Shown one piece after another: positions 11,428 to 23,261 of a stretch of 35,356 bases of DNA; position 1 is the first letter of the stretch; each line of letters opens with the position of its first letter. A program made the translations under genes and the position numbers. The notes below the pieces were generated by a model. That model worked only from the letters and a program-made list of their open reading frames with translations. It did not search any database and was not told where the DNA came from. Source of the DNA: Squatina squatina (taxonomy: Eukaryota); NCBI GenBank assembly GCA_031763465.1, contig JARFOE010000192.1, positions 19,022,826-19,058,181 on the forward strand, read 5' to 3'.

Positions 11428-12585
11428 ATGGGGTACTGATAATACAATGGTCTGTAAGGATACTTAGGGACTGATTATACAACCGTCAGTGAGGATACAT
11501 GAGGTGCTGATAATACAATGGTCTGTAATGATACACAGGGACTGATAATACAATGGTCTGTAAGGATACTTAGGGACTGATTATACAACGGTCAGTGAGG
11601 ATACATGAGGTACTGATAATACAACGGTCTGTAAGGATACTTAGGGACTGATTATACAACGGTCAGTGAGGATACATGAGGTCCTGATAATACAATGGTC
11701 TGTAATGATACACAGGGACTGATAATACAATGGTCAGTGAGGATACATGAGGACTGATAATGCAATGGTCTGTAAGGATACCTAGGGACTGATTATACAA
11801 CAGTCAGTGAGGATACATGAGGTACTGATAATACAATGGTCTGTAAGGATACTTAGGGACTGATTATACAACGGTCAGTAAGGATACATGAGGACTGATA
11901 ATACAATGGTTAGTAAGGATACATGGGGACTGATAATACAATGGTCAGTAAGGATACATGGGGACTGATAATACATTGGTCAGTAAGGATACACTGGGAC
12001 TGATTATATAATGGTCAGTGACAATACATGAGGACTAATAATATAATGGTCAGTAAGGATACATGGGGACTGGTAATACAATGGTCAGTAAGGATACATG
12101 GGCTCTGATGATGCAATGGTCAGTAAGGATACATGGGGACTGATAATACAATGGTCAGTAAGGATACATGGGGTCTGATGATGCAATGGTCAGTAACGAT
12201 ACATGTGGGATGATAATACCATCGTCAGTAAGGATACATGAGGCATCAAATTGCAATGGTCAGTAGGGATATCTATGGGTTAATAATGCCATGTACATGG
12301 GGACTGACAATACAGTGGTAGTAAGGATACTTGGGGACAGATAATATAATGGTCACTTCGGGTACATAAGGACTGATAATACAATGGTCACTTCGGGTAC
12401 ATAGGGACTGATAATACAATGGTCAGTAAGGATATATTGAACTGATAATACAATGGTCAGTAAGATGACACCGGGATCTATGATACTATGGTCAGTAAGG
12501 ATAGATGGGGACTGTTAATACACTTGTCAGTAAGAACACAGGCAGAATGATAATACAATGGTCAGCATTGTTTCATGGGGATCGA
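11428..12585. repeat. 35-bp tandem repeat array, right arm (~33 units)
   Basis: Same consensus as left arm; decays toward 12.58 kb. Confidence 0.96.
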
Positions 12586-12886
12586 TGCTGTACCGACATT
12601 GAAATCTCCTACTCAGACGCCATCTTCAGATTTATTTTCCTCAGAGGTGGAAACGTTTGAAGTGGAGGGGTAAAAGGGAAGGAGCAGAGAGAAGCCGACT
12701 TCAGTGGAGAGGACGAAGAGGTGGGTCACCTGCAGTAACATATTTGGATAATTATACCCAAACAATCTGCATTTTATGGATGCTTAACTGCAATTAGTGA
12801 ATTCTAGCACCTTTCATGACATTTGTGAAAGTCCATCATGTAAGTTCGAACACGAGAAGCGGATTTCTATTTTTTAATTAGTTCCT

Positions 12887-13278
12887 GGGCGTCGCTGGTA
12901 AGGCCAGCATTTATTGCCCACCCACAGTTGCCCTTGAGAAGGTGGTGATGAGCTGTCTTATTGAACCACTGCAGGTGTTTACAACTGAGTGTCTTGCTGG
13001 GCCATTTCAGAGTGCAGATAAGTGTCAACCACATTGCTGTGGGTCTGTAGTCACATATAGGCCAGACCAGGAAAGGACGGCAGATTCCCTTCCCTGAAGG
13101 ACATTATGAACCAGATGGGGTTTTACAACAATCCCATATAGTTTCATGATCACCATTATTTTTTAAATCAGCTGAATTTAAATTCCCCAGCTGCCGTGGT
13201 GGGATTTGAACTCACGTCTCAGGATCAATAGGGCAACTTTCTGGATTACTCCTCCCACAACTTAACCACTGCCCTACC
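12887..13278 (-). mobile_element. tRNA-headed SINE with LINE-like 3' tail
   Basis: Reverse strand: GGCAGTGGTTAAG, B-box GAGTTCAAATCCC, tail GGGCAATAAATGCTGGCCTTACCAGCGACGCCC. Confidence 0.7.
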
Positions 13279-14099
13279 GAGTCAACTGCAATTCTTGGAA
13301 ACACAATGGTTGGGGACACGCTCTAACCTTCTCTCTGTCCTGGATCACAATTCAGCCCAGACAGAAGAGATGGAAGTTTCTTCCCTCTTATTGTGGACTG
13401 CATGTTGTAGTCAGTTCCTCACCGTGTGTGTGTGTGGGTGTGGGTGTGTGTATGTGTGTTTCATTGCTGAGGTCTGAGATTGAATCTTGCTAAGACAGAG
13501 CATGATGTGGCATTGGATGGTGCAGTGGGATGTTCAATCCCCTTTCACCACTGATTTACTATGAACTGTTCAGACTATAACAGAATAAAGATGATTATTA
13601 GCAGTGTGCAATTTTGCTGAGCTGGTATCAATTTCCACTCGAGGTGAAGAGATGGCGTGTTAGATTCCCACACTCGGCTTCAGGTTGTTGTCAGACATGC
13701 TGGTGTGGCGCTATTGAAAGTACAATCCTTCACATGAGAAGTTAACAGTGGGCACATTTCCCTGATCAGGTGTGCCAGGTATGCATTAAGAAATCAAAAG
13801 CACTCTCCTGAGCAAGCCTTCGTTTTCTCCATGTCTTTCCCAATATTAATCGCTCAGCCAATAACGTCAACAGAAACAGGTTAAGTGGGCACTCACTCTG
13901 CTGTCTGTGACAACTTTCGCCTATGGAGTGGTGTCGTGTTTGGTTCTTTACCAATATCCGAGGGCTTTGATTATTCTTTGTCCCAGACTCGGAACAAAAA
14001 GTCCCGGTGAAGGAAAAACAGTTTTAATCTGAGGAACAGAGAGATGAGGAGGTAATGGGAAAAAATATGCAAAAATCATTATAACTGCTTGTGGGTCAC

Positions 14100-14790
14100 T
14101 GTCTGTCCGATCATCTTTTCATTTGTCTACCGTTCTCTTCATTTATCTATCTAGCTATATGTTTGTATGTCTGTCTGTCCATATATCTATCTTATCGATC
14201 TATCTATATACCTTTCCATCTATCTATCGATCTATCCATCGATCTATCCATTTATCTGTCTATCTATCTGTCGACCTACCTGGTTGTCTGTCTATCTATC
14301 TCTATACTTATCTTTATATCTACCTATCTCTGTTTCTATATCTATCTATCTAACTATATGTATCTCTCTATCGACATAACTAGCTGTCTGTCTGCCTATC
14401 TATCTATATACGTATCTTTATATCTATCTATCTGCCTGTCTATATCTAGCTACCTATCTATCTATCTACCTACTTATTTAGCTCTCTTTCTGTCTATCTA
14501 TATCTATCTATCTATCTATTTACCTATCTATCTATATCTCTCTCTACATATACCTATCTTTGTACCTATCTATTTATCTATCTATCTATGTATCTCTATG
14601 TCTATTTATTTCTGTACCAAACTATCTGTCCATCTATCTGTGTGCCTGTTGTTTGTCTACCTCTCTGTCTATTCATCTGTCTCTATGTCTATCTTTGTAT
14701 CTATCTATTTGTCTATCCATCTATGTCTCTATCTCTGAATCTCTCTATCCGTCTATCTATATATATATATAGATATATATATATAAATAG
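14100..14790. repeat. Degenerate (TATC)n/(GATA)n microsatellite ending in (TA)n
   Basis: Continuous tatc/tgtc/tacc units; explains the spurious YLSI-rich ORFs. Confidence 0.95.
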
Positions 14791-15264
14791 GTATATAATT
14801 ATGTTTGCGTGCAGAGTGTTTGTATTAAAACAGACAATGAAATCATAATGCTGTATATATAAATGACAGAAAATATAACTTTTAAGTAGGAAATAAATAG
14901 CACTGTCCACACTGGTCCGATAACCCCCGCCCTTTCACCCTGTTTCACCTGCAACCCACGCCTGGTCGTGATTCCCCAGGCATAAAGTTACAGGCGTTTG
15001 CATTCCTAAAATAATCCGTTCTCTCCATGCAGTCCTTTCATCCTTCTATCACCCTGGTGAATTTCCGAGGCACTTTCTCCAAAGTGAGGATTTCCTTCGC
15101 AAGTTTTGACGCATCAACTGAAAAAACATGAGGCAAAATAATAATCATTTTAGCCCATCACATGTGCCACCATAATCTGCAAGTGCAAAGAAACTAATAT
15201 TCAGATCACAGACCTAATCAAACCTAGAAATGCAGGATCTACAGTAGTGGATCTAAATTTATTC

Positions 15265-15702
15265 AGTACCTAACCAGGCTGTACCTACCATAGGAGTACG
15301 TGATAAGACAGTGCAGAGTGAGATTTAGCCATTATGTTACTCATGGTGTTCCTGCTATGGGAGTGTTTGATGGTACAGTGTAGCGGGTGCTTAACTCTGC
15401 ATTTCTCCCATGCTGTACCTTCCCTGGGAGTGTTTGATGGTACAGTGTAGCGGGTGCTTAACTCTGCATCTCTCCCATGCTGTACCTTCCCTGGGAGTAT
15501 TTGATGGGGCAGTGTAGCGGGTGCTTAACTCTGCATTTCTCCCATGCTGTACCTTCCCTGAGAGTATTTGATGGGACAGTGTAGAGGGTGCTTAATTCTG
15601 CATCTCACCCATGCTGTACCTTCCCTGGGAGTATTTGATGTGACAGTGTGGAGGAAGCTTCACACTGTATCCAGCCCGTACTCGGCCTCGGAGTGTTTGA
15701 TT
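15265..15702. repeat. 67-bp minisatellite (~6 units, outer ones degenerate)
   Basis: GGGAGTGTTTGATGGTACAGTGTAGCGGGTGCTTAACTCTGCATTTCTCCCATGCTGTACCTTCCCT; unit starts at 15359, 15426, 15493. Confidence 0.93.
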
Positions 15703-16658
15703 TAAGAAGGGATATAGAATATTTCCAGGAAATTATAGACCAGTCAGCTGAACATTGGTGATAGGAAAAATAATGGAATCACTACTAAAGGAGAAAATAG
15801 AAGAACACCGAGAAACCGAAAATATAACAATGAATATTCAGCAGGGAATGACTTGCTTGACGAAGCCCATTGAGTTTTTTTGAAGAGGTAACAGTGAGAT
15901 TAGACAGTGGTAATGCAGTCGATGAAATTTATCTAGATTTTCAAAAGGCCTCCGATAAGCTGCCTGTATTAGACTGATGAATAAGGTCAGAGAATGTGGA
16001 GTTGGGAACAAGTGGTGGAATATATAGCTGGCTGTCATCAAGACAAAAAGTACAGAGTAGGGGTAAAGGGTAATTAATCATAGTAGCTGAAGTTTAGTTG
16101 TGGTGATCAGTGATGGGACCACTGTTGTTCACAATTTATAATACTGATTTAGAATCAAAAGAACAATTTCTAGCTTTGTGGATAACATATAATTGTGGGT
16201 GGGGCGGGGCGGTGGTGGTGGTGGGGGGGTGATATTCAATATTGCAACAAATTACAGGAGGACATAAATCAACTTGCAGGACGGGCATATAATTGGCAAA
16301 TGAAGTTCAACACAGATTAATGTGAGGTATTACATTTTGGAAGAAAGAACATGGAGGTGACTTATTACCCGGAGGGTGCGAGTCCTGTTGAGGTAGACGA
16401 ACAAAGGGTCTCGGAGTAAAAATACACAAATCACTAAAAGTTGTGACACAGGTTAGCAAGGCCATAAAAAACCAAACCAAGCACTAGGGTTTATTTCTAG
16501 AGGAATAGAATTGAAAAGTAGGTAAGTTACGCTAAACGTGTATCAAACCGTGATTGGACCACACTGAGAGTACTGCGTACAGTTCTGGTCACCATAGTAT
16601 AAAATGGATATGGAGGCACTGGAGATTTACAAGGATGATACCAGAAATGTGAGGGTAT
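15703..16658 (+). mobile_element. Degenerate CR1 LINE ORF2 (RT) fragment
   Basis: Relics NYRPVS, YLDFQKA, WQMKFN, YCVQFWSP with stops and frameshifts. Confidence 0.85.
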
Positions 16659-16768
16659 ACATAGAAACATAGAAACATAGGTGCAGGAGTCGGCCATTAG
16701 GCCCTTCGAGCCTGCACCGCCATTCAATATGATCATGGCTGATCATGCAACTCAATACCCTGTACCTG
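16659..16768 (-). mobile_element. CR1-type 3' end in opposite orientation, nested in the older CR1
   Basis: (CATAGAAA)n tail followed by GGTGCAGGAGTCGGCCATTAGGCCCTTCGAGCC. Confidence 0.8.
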
Positions 16769-16868
16769 NNNNNNNNNNNNNNNNNNNNNNNNNNNNNNNN
16801 NNNNNNNNNNNNNNNNNNNNNNNNNNNNNNNNNNNNNNNNNNNNNNNNNNNNNNNNNNNNNNNNNNNN

Positions 16869-17175
16869 AGCCCCACAACCCACCTCCTTAAATATCTGCG
16901 CTCCTCTAATTCAGGCCTCTTGCATATTCCCGATTATAATTGCTCCACCACTGGCGGCCGTGGTCCTAAGCTCTGGAACTCTCTGCCGAAACCTCTCCAC
17001 ACCTCTCTCCTCTAAGACCCTCCTTAAAACCCACCTCTTTGACCAAGCTTTTGGTCACCTGCCCCAATATCTCCTTAAGTGGCTCGGTGTCAAGTTTTGT
17101 TTAATGACATTCCTGTGAAGTGCCTTGGGACGTTTTACGATGTTATATAGGCGCTATACAAATATAAACTGTTGT
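16869..17175 (+). mobile_element. L2 LINE 3' fragment
   Basis: LWNSLP...LLKTHLFDQAF relic and tail GGCGCTATACAAATATAAACTGTTG. Confidence 0.8.
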
Positions 17176-17648
17176 AGAGACAAATAACCTGTCCTATTTC
17201 TACAAATTGTGAAATATGATTGAAACTTCCAATAGAATACACGTCACAAAGCAAAATACATTTACCTGAAATTTATTCAAGTACAAGTTATTCTTCATCA
17301 AGTGCTGGCAAGCAATCCGACCCTCAAGAATGAAGAGCTAAAGTCTGATAAAGCTCTTAAAATCACAACATTTAGTCTTCTCTACAGCATATAATTCAAT
17401 ACTACAAAATGACTCTCAAAAGTCTATTGTTGAAATTGTAGAAAATAGCTTGGAGAAGACTTGTATCCCTTTAAATATGACCGCCATCTTGATTCAGACA
17501 CAAAGTAGTTGTTAGAATAGACATCTCAAGCCTGACAAAAAGATTTTAAGGTGTTTCAATTAAGATGAAATAAATACAGTAATTCGCTTCCCCCTCACTG
17601 ATCCTTCCCCCCCACACACCCCAGGTTTAATCACTTAGTAAATCTAAC

Positions 17649-17726
17649 CTTTAGCCCACGTGCTGTTCTGTAGATGTTCCCCATTCTTCCAGGCATTTTC
17701 TTCCCAGGAAAAACTCTAGCAGGGTC
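17649..17726 (-). CDS. MRPL3: MRPL3 (mitochondrial ribosomal protein uL3m) exon
   Basis: cag|...|gttaga, 78 nt; [26 protein letters not shown]. Confidence 0.93.
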
Positions 17727-18323
17727 CTGCATTCAAGATAATAAGAAATGGCTCGTAATGCAATGAATGAGTCAGCACATTATTTGAACTTAAGACTACA
17801 TATTGCTTTGCTCTGCATATAGTGGCTTGGATACAGTACCTTCTCAGTATTAAAGATTGTAATCTACTCGCTAAGCCCACTAGTCTTAAAATATTTGTAA
17901 TATTTTGTTATATTTGTATAAATCTCTGACCTATAGAATTCTAATATTCCACAAGTCCCTATAGCCACGGGTTATTTACAGCAGATAATCTGTTTTACCA
18001 TGTAATGAGTTACAATTTCTGAAATTGTGCGTTTTCAAAATGCAAATAATACATTAGAAATATTACTGTGAATGTCATCGCAGTTATTGCTAACTAGACC
18101 AACTGCAATGATCTGGACCGGACCAGACGGACCAACAACCCACCAAGAGAACTGAACACAACAGCAACGGTTTCAAATGCGTTGGAGCTCCGGCAGAATG
18201 AAAGAGCTACAAGCCTTGAATTGTTCAGGCACAGCATTAATGACAATTCAATACACTGTGTGGTGCAGAGTAGAGCTGGAAATGTTGCTTTTTTTTTTTA
18301 CAAACAACAGAAATCATACTTAC

Positions 18324-18435
18324 GCCACCAGGACCAGAGGCTCCTGGCCTCCTGTGGGTTTTGGTCTGTCCGTGAGTTGCAGGTTGACCTTTAAATCCCC
18401 ACCTCTTCATAACTCCCTGAAAACCTTTGCCAATT
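18324..18435 (-). CDS. MRPL3: MRPL3 exon (preceding exon, in phase with 17649-17726)
   Basis: cag|...|gtaagt, 112 nt; [37 protein letters not shown] (L3 signature). Confidence 0.96.
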
Positions 18436-18815
18436 CTGCAAGAGATTCACAGGATTAGAAATATAACACCGACAGTCTCAAAATTGCGCGTCGTAATTCA
18501 AATGCATTCCTCCAGTTTTTTTTTTACAACAGATGGAAAGATAAAAGTAATCAAAAATGAGAACAAGTGCTACAGAGGATGTGTAGTTTTGCTTTGAGGG
18601 ACAAATCATAAATNNNNNNNNNNNNNNNNNNNNNNNNNNNNNNNNNNNNNNNNNNNNNNNNNNNNNNNNNNNNNNNNNNNNNNNNNNNNNNNNNNNNNNN
18701 NNNNNNNNNNNNNATCCCACGAATGAATTAAAAATAAAAATTGTACCACGTGTATCTCCATTGAGAGCAAAAAATCCTGTGGGTAGTTCTCGCCGTACGC
18801 AGCACTATTTCAACA

Positions 18816-19285
18816 GTGTCAGCTGTGGCTCAGTGGGTAGTGCTCTCGCCTGAGTCAGAAGTCTGAGAGTTAAATCCCACTCCAGAGACATGAACATAAA
18901 ATCTAGGCCGACACTTCAGTGGAGTACTGAAGGAGCGCCACACTGTCAAAGGCCACTGTCACTGTTTTACGAGTGAGACTTTAAAGCGAAGCCCCTTCTG
19001 CCCTCTCAGGTGGACGTAAAAGATCCCACCACACAATTTTGAAGAAAGGCAGGGGAGATCTCCGCGGTATCTTGGCCAATATTTATCCCCCAACCAACAT
19101 CACCAAAACATTATCTGGCCATTATCACATTGCTATTTGTGGGACCTTGCCATGCAAAAATTGGCTGCTGCTTTTCCTACATTATAATCGTGACTTCACA
19201 TCAAAAATACTTAATGGGCTCTAAAGTGCTTTGGGATGTCCTCAGGTCATGAAAGGGACGATATAAATGCAAATTGTTTCCTTTT
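18816..19285 (+). mobile_element. Near full-length Deu-domain SINE (SacSINE1/AmnSINE-like)
   Basis: A-box TGGCTCAGTGG, B-box-like GAGTTAAATCCC, core CCCTCTCAGGTGGACGTAAAAGATCCC...ATTGCTATTTGTGGGACCTTGC, L2-like tail ATATAAATGCAA. Confidence 0.88.
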
Positions 19286-19569
19286 CTTATTGGTTGAATG
19301 GTCGTAGCCATGTGGGAACTCCGTTGAACTGATCCAGCTACTTTTGGAAGAGATTGCCTAAAATTAATGCTGTGTACTAGGATTTTGTATGGTGTATTTA
19401 TATTGGTAGCAGCTTGAGCATGCAAGAGCAGGATATCAAGGCAGGTGTGATGTTTCCATCAACAAACTGTCCGAGACTCTGACTGGCACTTCAAACACCT
19501 CTAAATTAAAGACCTCCTTGGCCGTGGTGCTGTGGCTATCACTTTAGATTCAAGCACCACTATCTCTGA

Positions 19570-20030
19570 TTATTTCCACATGCACAACATAGCCTGTTTC
19601 ATTGTCTCAGCTTGCAGCCACTGAAATTCTTACTCACCCTTTTGTCACCTTCAAGCTTGGCTTCTCCAACCCTCTCCTCTTTGACCTCCCAAGCTTCACC
19701 ATGCACAAACTTCAACTCATCCAGATCTTCGCCTATGTCCTGCTCATCTGTCATGCCTCACCCGCTCTGGCTCAGCTTCCTCGTCCCCATTCACAAATCC
19801 CTCCATGGTCTTCCCCCACTCCACCTCTGCCACCTCCTCTAGACTTCTCAACTAGCGCCCTATGCACTTACAGCTCCAGACTTCCATGCATTCCCCCCCT
19901 CCCCCACTCCTCCCCAGTGGCAAGGACTTCAGCTAACTCGGGTCCGAAACTCTGGAATTGTCTTCCTCAGTTCTTTCCCCAAGCTCCACCATTCCCCAAC
20001 TTCAAACGCCCTCTCCAAACTTATTACACA
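19570..20030 (+). mobile_element. Degenerate L2 LINE ORF2 C-terminal fragment
   Basis: EILTHPFVTFKLGFSNPLL...KLQLIQ...GPKLWNCLP...FKRPLQT. Confidence 0.75.
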
Positions 20031-20442
20031 AGTTAGGGTTGTATTCCCCAGAATTTAGAAGGTTGAGGGGTGATCTGATCGAGGTTTTCAGGATATTAGG
20101 GGGAACTGAAGGGCTAGACAGAGGGAAACTATTTCCGCTGGTTGGGACTCTGGGACTAGGGGGCAGAGTCTAAAAATTAGAGCCAGAATCTTGAGGAGTG
20201 AAATTAGGAAACTCTTCTACACACAAAGGGAGCTAGAAGTTTGTAACTCTCTTCCACAAATGGCAATTGATGCTAAATCAGTTGTTAATTTTAAATCAGA
20301 GATTGATAGATTTTTGTTAACCAGAGGTATTAAGGGATGTGGAGCCAAAGGCGGGTAGATGGAGTTAGGTCACAGATCAGCCGTGATCTCATCGAATGGC
20401 GGAACAGGCTCGAGGGGCTGAATGGCCTCCTCCTGCTCCCAT
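20031..20442 (+). mobile_element. CR1 LINE 3' fragment
   Basis: LGLYSPEFRRLRGDLIEVFRIL relic; 3' UTR GGCTCGAGGGGCTGAATGGCCTCCTCCTGCTCC. Confidence 0.88.
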
Positions 20443-20535
20443 GAACTGACACAGTTTTAACTGTTTTTGCCGTGAGTATGTTCCACATGTCCAGCACACA
20501 AGAGAAGAATGACAACAAATGGAAAACAGTGTCAT

Positions 20536-20541
20536 TTTATT
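20536..20541 (-). promoter_or_regulatory. Candidate poly(A) signal of CPNE4
   Basis: AATAAA on minus strand ~370 nt downstream of the stop codon. Confidence 0.45.
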
Positions 20542-20908
20542 ATAGACATGCAAAATACAATCCATGCATCTGCTGTTTTGAAAAATCCATCATTAGTAAC
20601 AGGTGGAGCCAATACTGCTCGCTATCAACTTTCAATAAATGTTCCAAAATGCTTTACAGTGTAAGAATATTAAGAAATTTAGTAAAATCCCAATAAACCT
20701 GTATAAAAAACAGATACTGATACGTTTCAAGGCGACATGCTCTTATGCAAAGTAGTCCATCTTGTAAAAAGTTGTTGACAGTACAACAGCGTAGGAGAAT
20801 GTAAGCCCCGTGGCTACACATGCAAAAATGGGTTCCCTCATTCATTTTAAAAGTCACTTAGACGTGCTATACATCATAACTTGTACTAAGTCAAAGGTCA
20901 CTAAAGTA

Positions 20909-21073
<165 letters not shown>

Positions 21074-21253
21074 CTATTGAGGAAGTAAAGGAGTATTATG
21101 TTAGGGGGAAAGTATTTAAAGGTGGGGGGGGGGGGATGGAAGAGCAGGCGGCTNNNNNNNNNNNNNNNNNNNNNNNNNNNNNNNNNNNNNNNNNNNNNNN
21201 NNNNNNNNNNNNNNNNNNNNNNNNNNNNNNNNNNNNNNNNNNNNNNNNNNNNN

Positions 21254-21344
21254 TGTGTAAGTGTGTGTGGTGTGTGTGTGTGTGGTGTGTGTGTGTAAGT
21301 GTGTGTGGTGTGTGTGTGTAAGTGTGTGTGTTGTGTGCGTGTGT
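21254..21344. repeat. Imperfect (GT)n microsatellite
   Basis: Directly visible at contig edge. Confidence 0.95.
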
Positions 21345-22095
21345 CACGTTCTGCTGATGGGCTGAGTGTGAAGAATGCACTAAGCGGAGATGCAGTCGGA
21401 ATTGTTCAGTTTGTTGGGTTGGGATCACTGTTGTGATTTGTGAAGAGAAGACAAGTTTAGTGATTCTTGGCACCATCAGCATGAATGTATTAACGTGGTG
21501 TCACCTAATGTTTAGATGCCACGCGCATGTGGTGTTGATAAGTGACGGGAAAGTCTACAGCATGGTGTGAGGTTATGTTTCATGATGAAACGTTGCTTAG
21601 TAACTGACAATCCAGCTTTATTGGAAAGATGTAAGGAAGGCTTTTTATGCAAAAAGGCTATTGAACAATAAAATGTTACTTAATGATCTTTTATTTTAAC
21701 ACTTACAGAATAAACACGAGTCTACTAAGCTTCACACACCACCACAGATGATTAGAAACAAGCATTCTGTCGGCAAGACTGCCATCTTGGGATATTTATA
21801 TTACCACTCTTCATTTACACAGAGGTGCAGTGTCACTATTTGATGNNNNNNNNNNNNNNNNNNNNNNNNNNNNNNNNNNNNNNNNNNNNNNNNNNNNNNN
21901 NNNNNNNNNNNNNNNNNNNNNNNNNNNNNNNNNNNNNNNNNNNNNCCGGCTCTTTGAAAGAGCTGAGAATCGTTCTCCTCGTTGCGATTGCTTCTCAGAC
22001 GGTGAACAGTTTCCCCGAGTACCATCATCTCTCTTCTCGCGCAGCCCAAGCTCAGAAAATAAGGTCAGAGAAAAGCGCAATTGAAGTATACGTAC

Positions 22096-22238
22096 CAAAG
22101 TCTGACAGAAGAAATTCCTCCCCCCTGAAGGTGATTTTATTCTCTTTGTACACAGGGAGCTTGTAGCCGTGCCTCTCTGCGTAGATGTGAAGACACTGGG
22201 TTGGTTTGAGCTGGTCACGCCACTGGTTTGGTCCTGAT
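22096..22238 (-). CDS. DYSF: Ferlin-family exon, dysferlin-type
   Basis: ttcag|...|gtacgt, 143 nt; SGPNQWRDQLKPTQCLHIYAERHGYKLPVYKENKITFRGEEFLLSDF vs human DYSF SGPNQWRDQLRPSQLLHLF...PVY. Paralogue identity (DYSF/MYOF/FER1L5) not certain. Confidence 0.72.
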
Positions 22239-22299
22239 CTGAAAGAGACACAAACACTATTGTAACCATTGCGCTCCACCAACTCGAGAGGATGTTGAG

Positions 22300-22626
22300 G
22301 CTTCGGAGAGGGCAGATTCATCAGGATGCTGTCTGGTTTGACTTAATACCAAATACCAAATATGAGGACAGCTTACACCAATTAGGGTTGGATTCCCTGG
22401 AATTAAGAAGATTAAGGGGTGATTTGATCAAAGTTTTCAAGATATTAACTGATAGGGTAGAGAGAGAGAAGTTATTTCCACTGGTTGGGGAGTCTAGGAC
22501 TAGGAGGCACAGTCTAAAAAATAGAACCAGACCGTTCGGGAATGAAGTTAGGAAACATTTCTACACACAAAGGGTGGTGGAAGGTTGGAACTCGTTTCTG
22601 CAAACGGCAATTGATACTGGGTCAAT
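22300..22626 (+). mobile_element. CR1 LINE 3' ORF2 fragment
   Basis: YEDSLHQLGLDSLELRRLRGDLIKVFKIL...RKHFYTQRVVEGWNS. Confidence 0.88.
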
Positions 22627-23069
22627 NNNNNNNNNNNNNNNNNNNNNNNNNNNNNNNNNNNNNNNNNNNNNNNNNNNNNNNNNNNNNNNNNNNNNNNNNN
22701 NNNNNNNNNNNNNNNNNNNNNNNNNNGTTTTGGCTTTGAGCTGTTCTTCTATTTTCTCTTTTAGTAGGGATTCCAATATTTTCCTACTAGATTGTGAGTC
22801 AAAATTTTTATTAGCAGCATGTTTTCCATCTCCTATAACCAGTTGACAATAGGTGCTTTCAACTGTTAGCCACTCGAGAGCTACTGCACTGACTCTAAAA
22901 ACCAGGACAACAGCCCATTAGTCGGGGCAGGATCAAAATCCAGATCCTGGCAATAAGAGGAGTTTGCTAACCACCGACATCATCCAGTCCCCAAAGCGAG
23001 GCACTGCTTGAAAGCTGATTTAATATTTACATCAAACCATTCCGACTGATCACTTAGCAAACGCTGTAC

Positions 23070-23261
23070 CTGCTTCTCTCTTTTTTGACTTGACTTTGGG
23101 CTCAACATCAACTAACAGTGTGTCCAACGGCAGGCTGTCTGGGAGAACAAAGTAACGAATGTTGTTCCCTCGGATACTCAGTGTCTCGAGCTGCACAGGT
23201 TCTCTGTTCTTCAACGTCATCTTCACAGCTTTCAGGTGAGTATTCATACTGACGTCCACAC
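23070..23261 (-). CDS. SNRPD1: SNRPD1 (Sm D1) exon 3
   Basis: tag|...|gtacag, 192 nt; [64 protein letters not shown]. Confidence 0.97.

Noticed and set aside
11460-11860. Several TTAGGG hexamers
   Set aside because: Isolated single-unit variants of the satellite, not a telomeric tract.
7737-12585. 35-bp palindromic repeats flanking an RT ORF, superficially like a CRISPR-RT or retron system
   Set aside because: Units are head-to-tail with no unique spacers, there are no cas genes, the RT is a decayed RTE LINE, and the context is vertebrate intron/exon DNA.
14091-14848. 215-aa hydrophobic YLSI-rich ORF and overlapping ORFs
   Set aside because: Product of the (TATC)n microsatellite.
17266-17344. 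Minus-strand AG...GTAAAT exon-like unit downstream of the MRPL3 exon
   Set aside because: Stops in all three frames and no resemblance to the next MRPL3 exon.
18816-18890. tRNA-like A/B boxes (also near 2050-2118 and 13200-13278)
   Set aside because: These are SINE heads continuing into SINE bodies, not tRNA genes.
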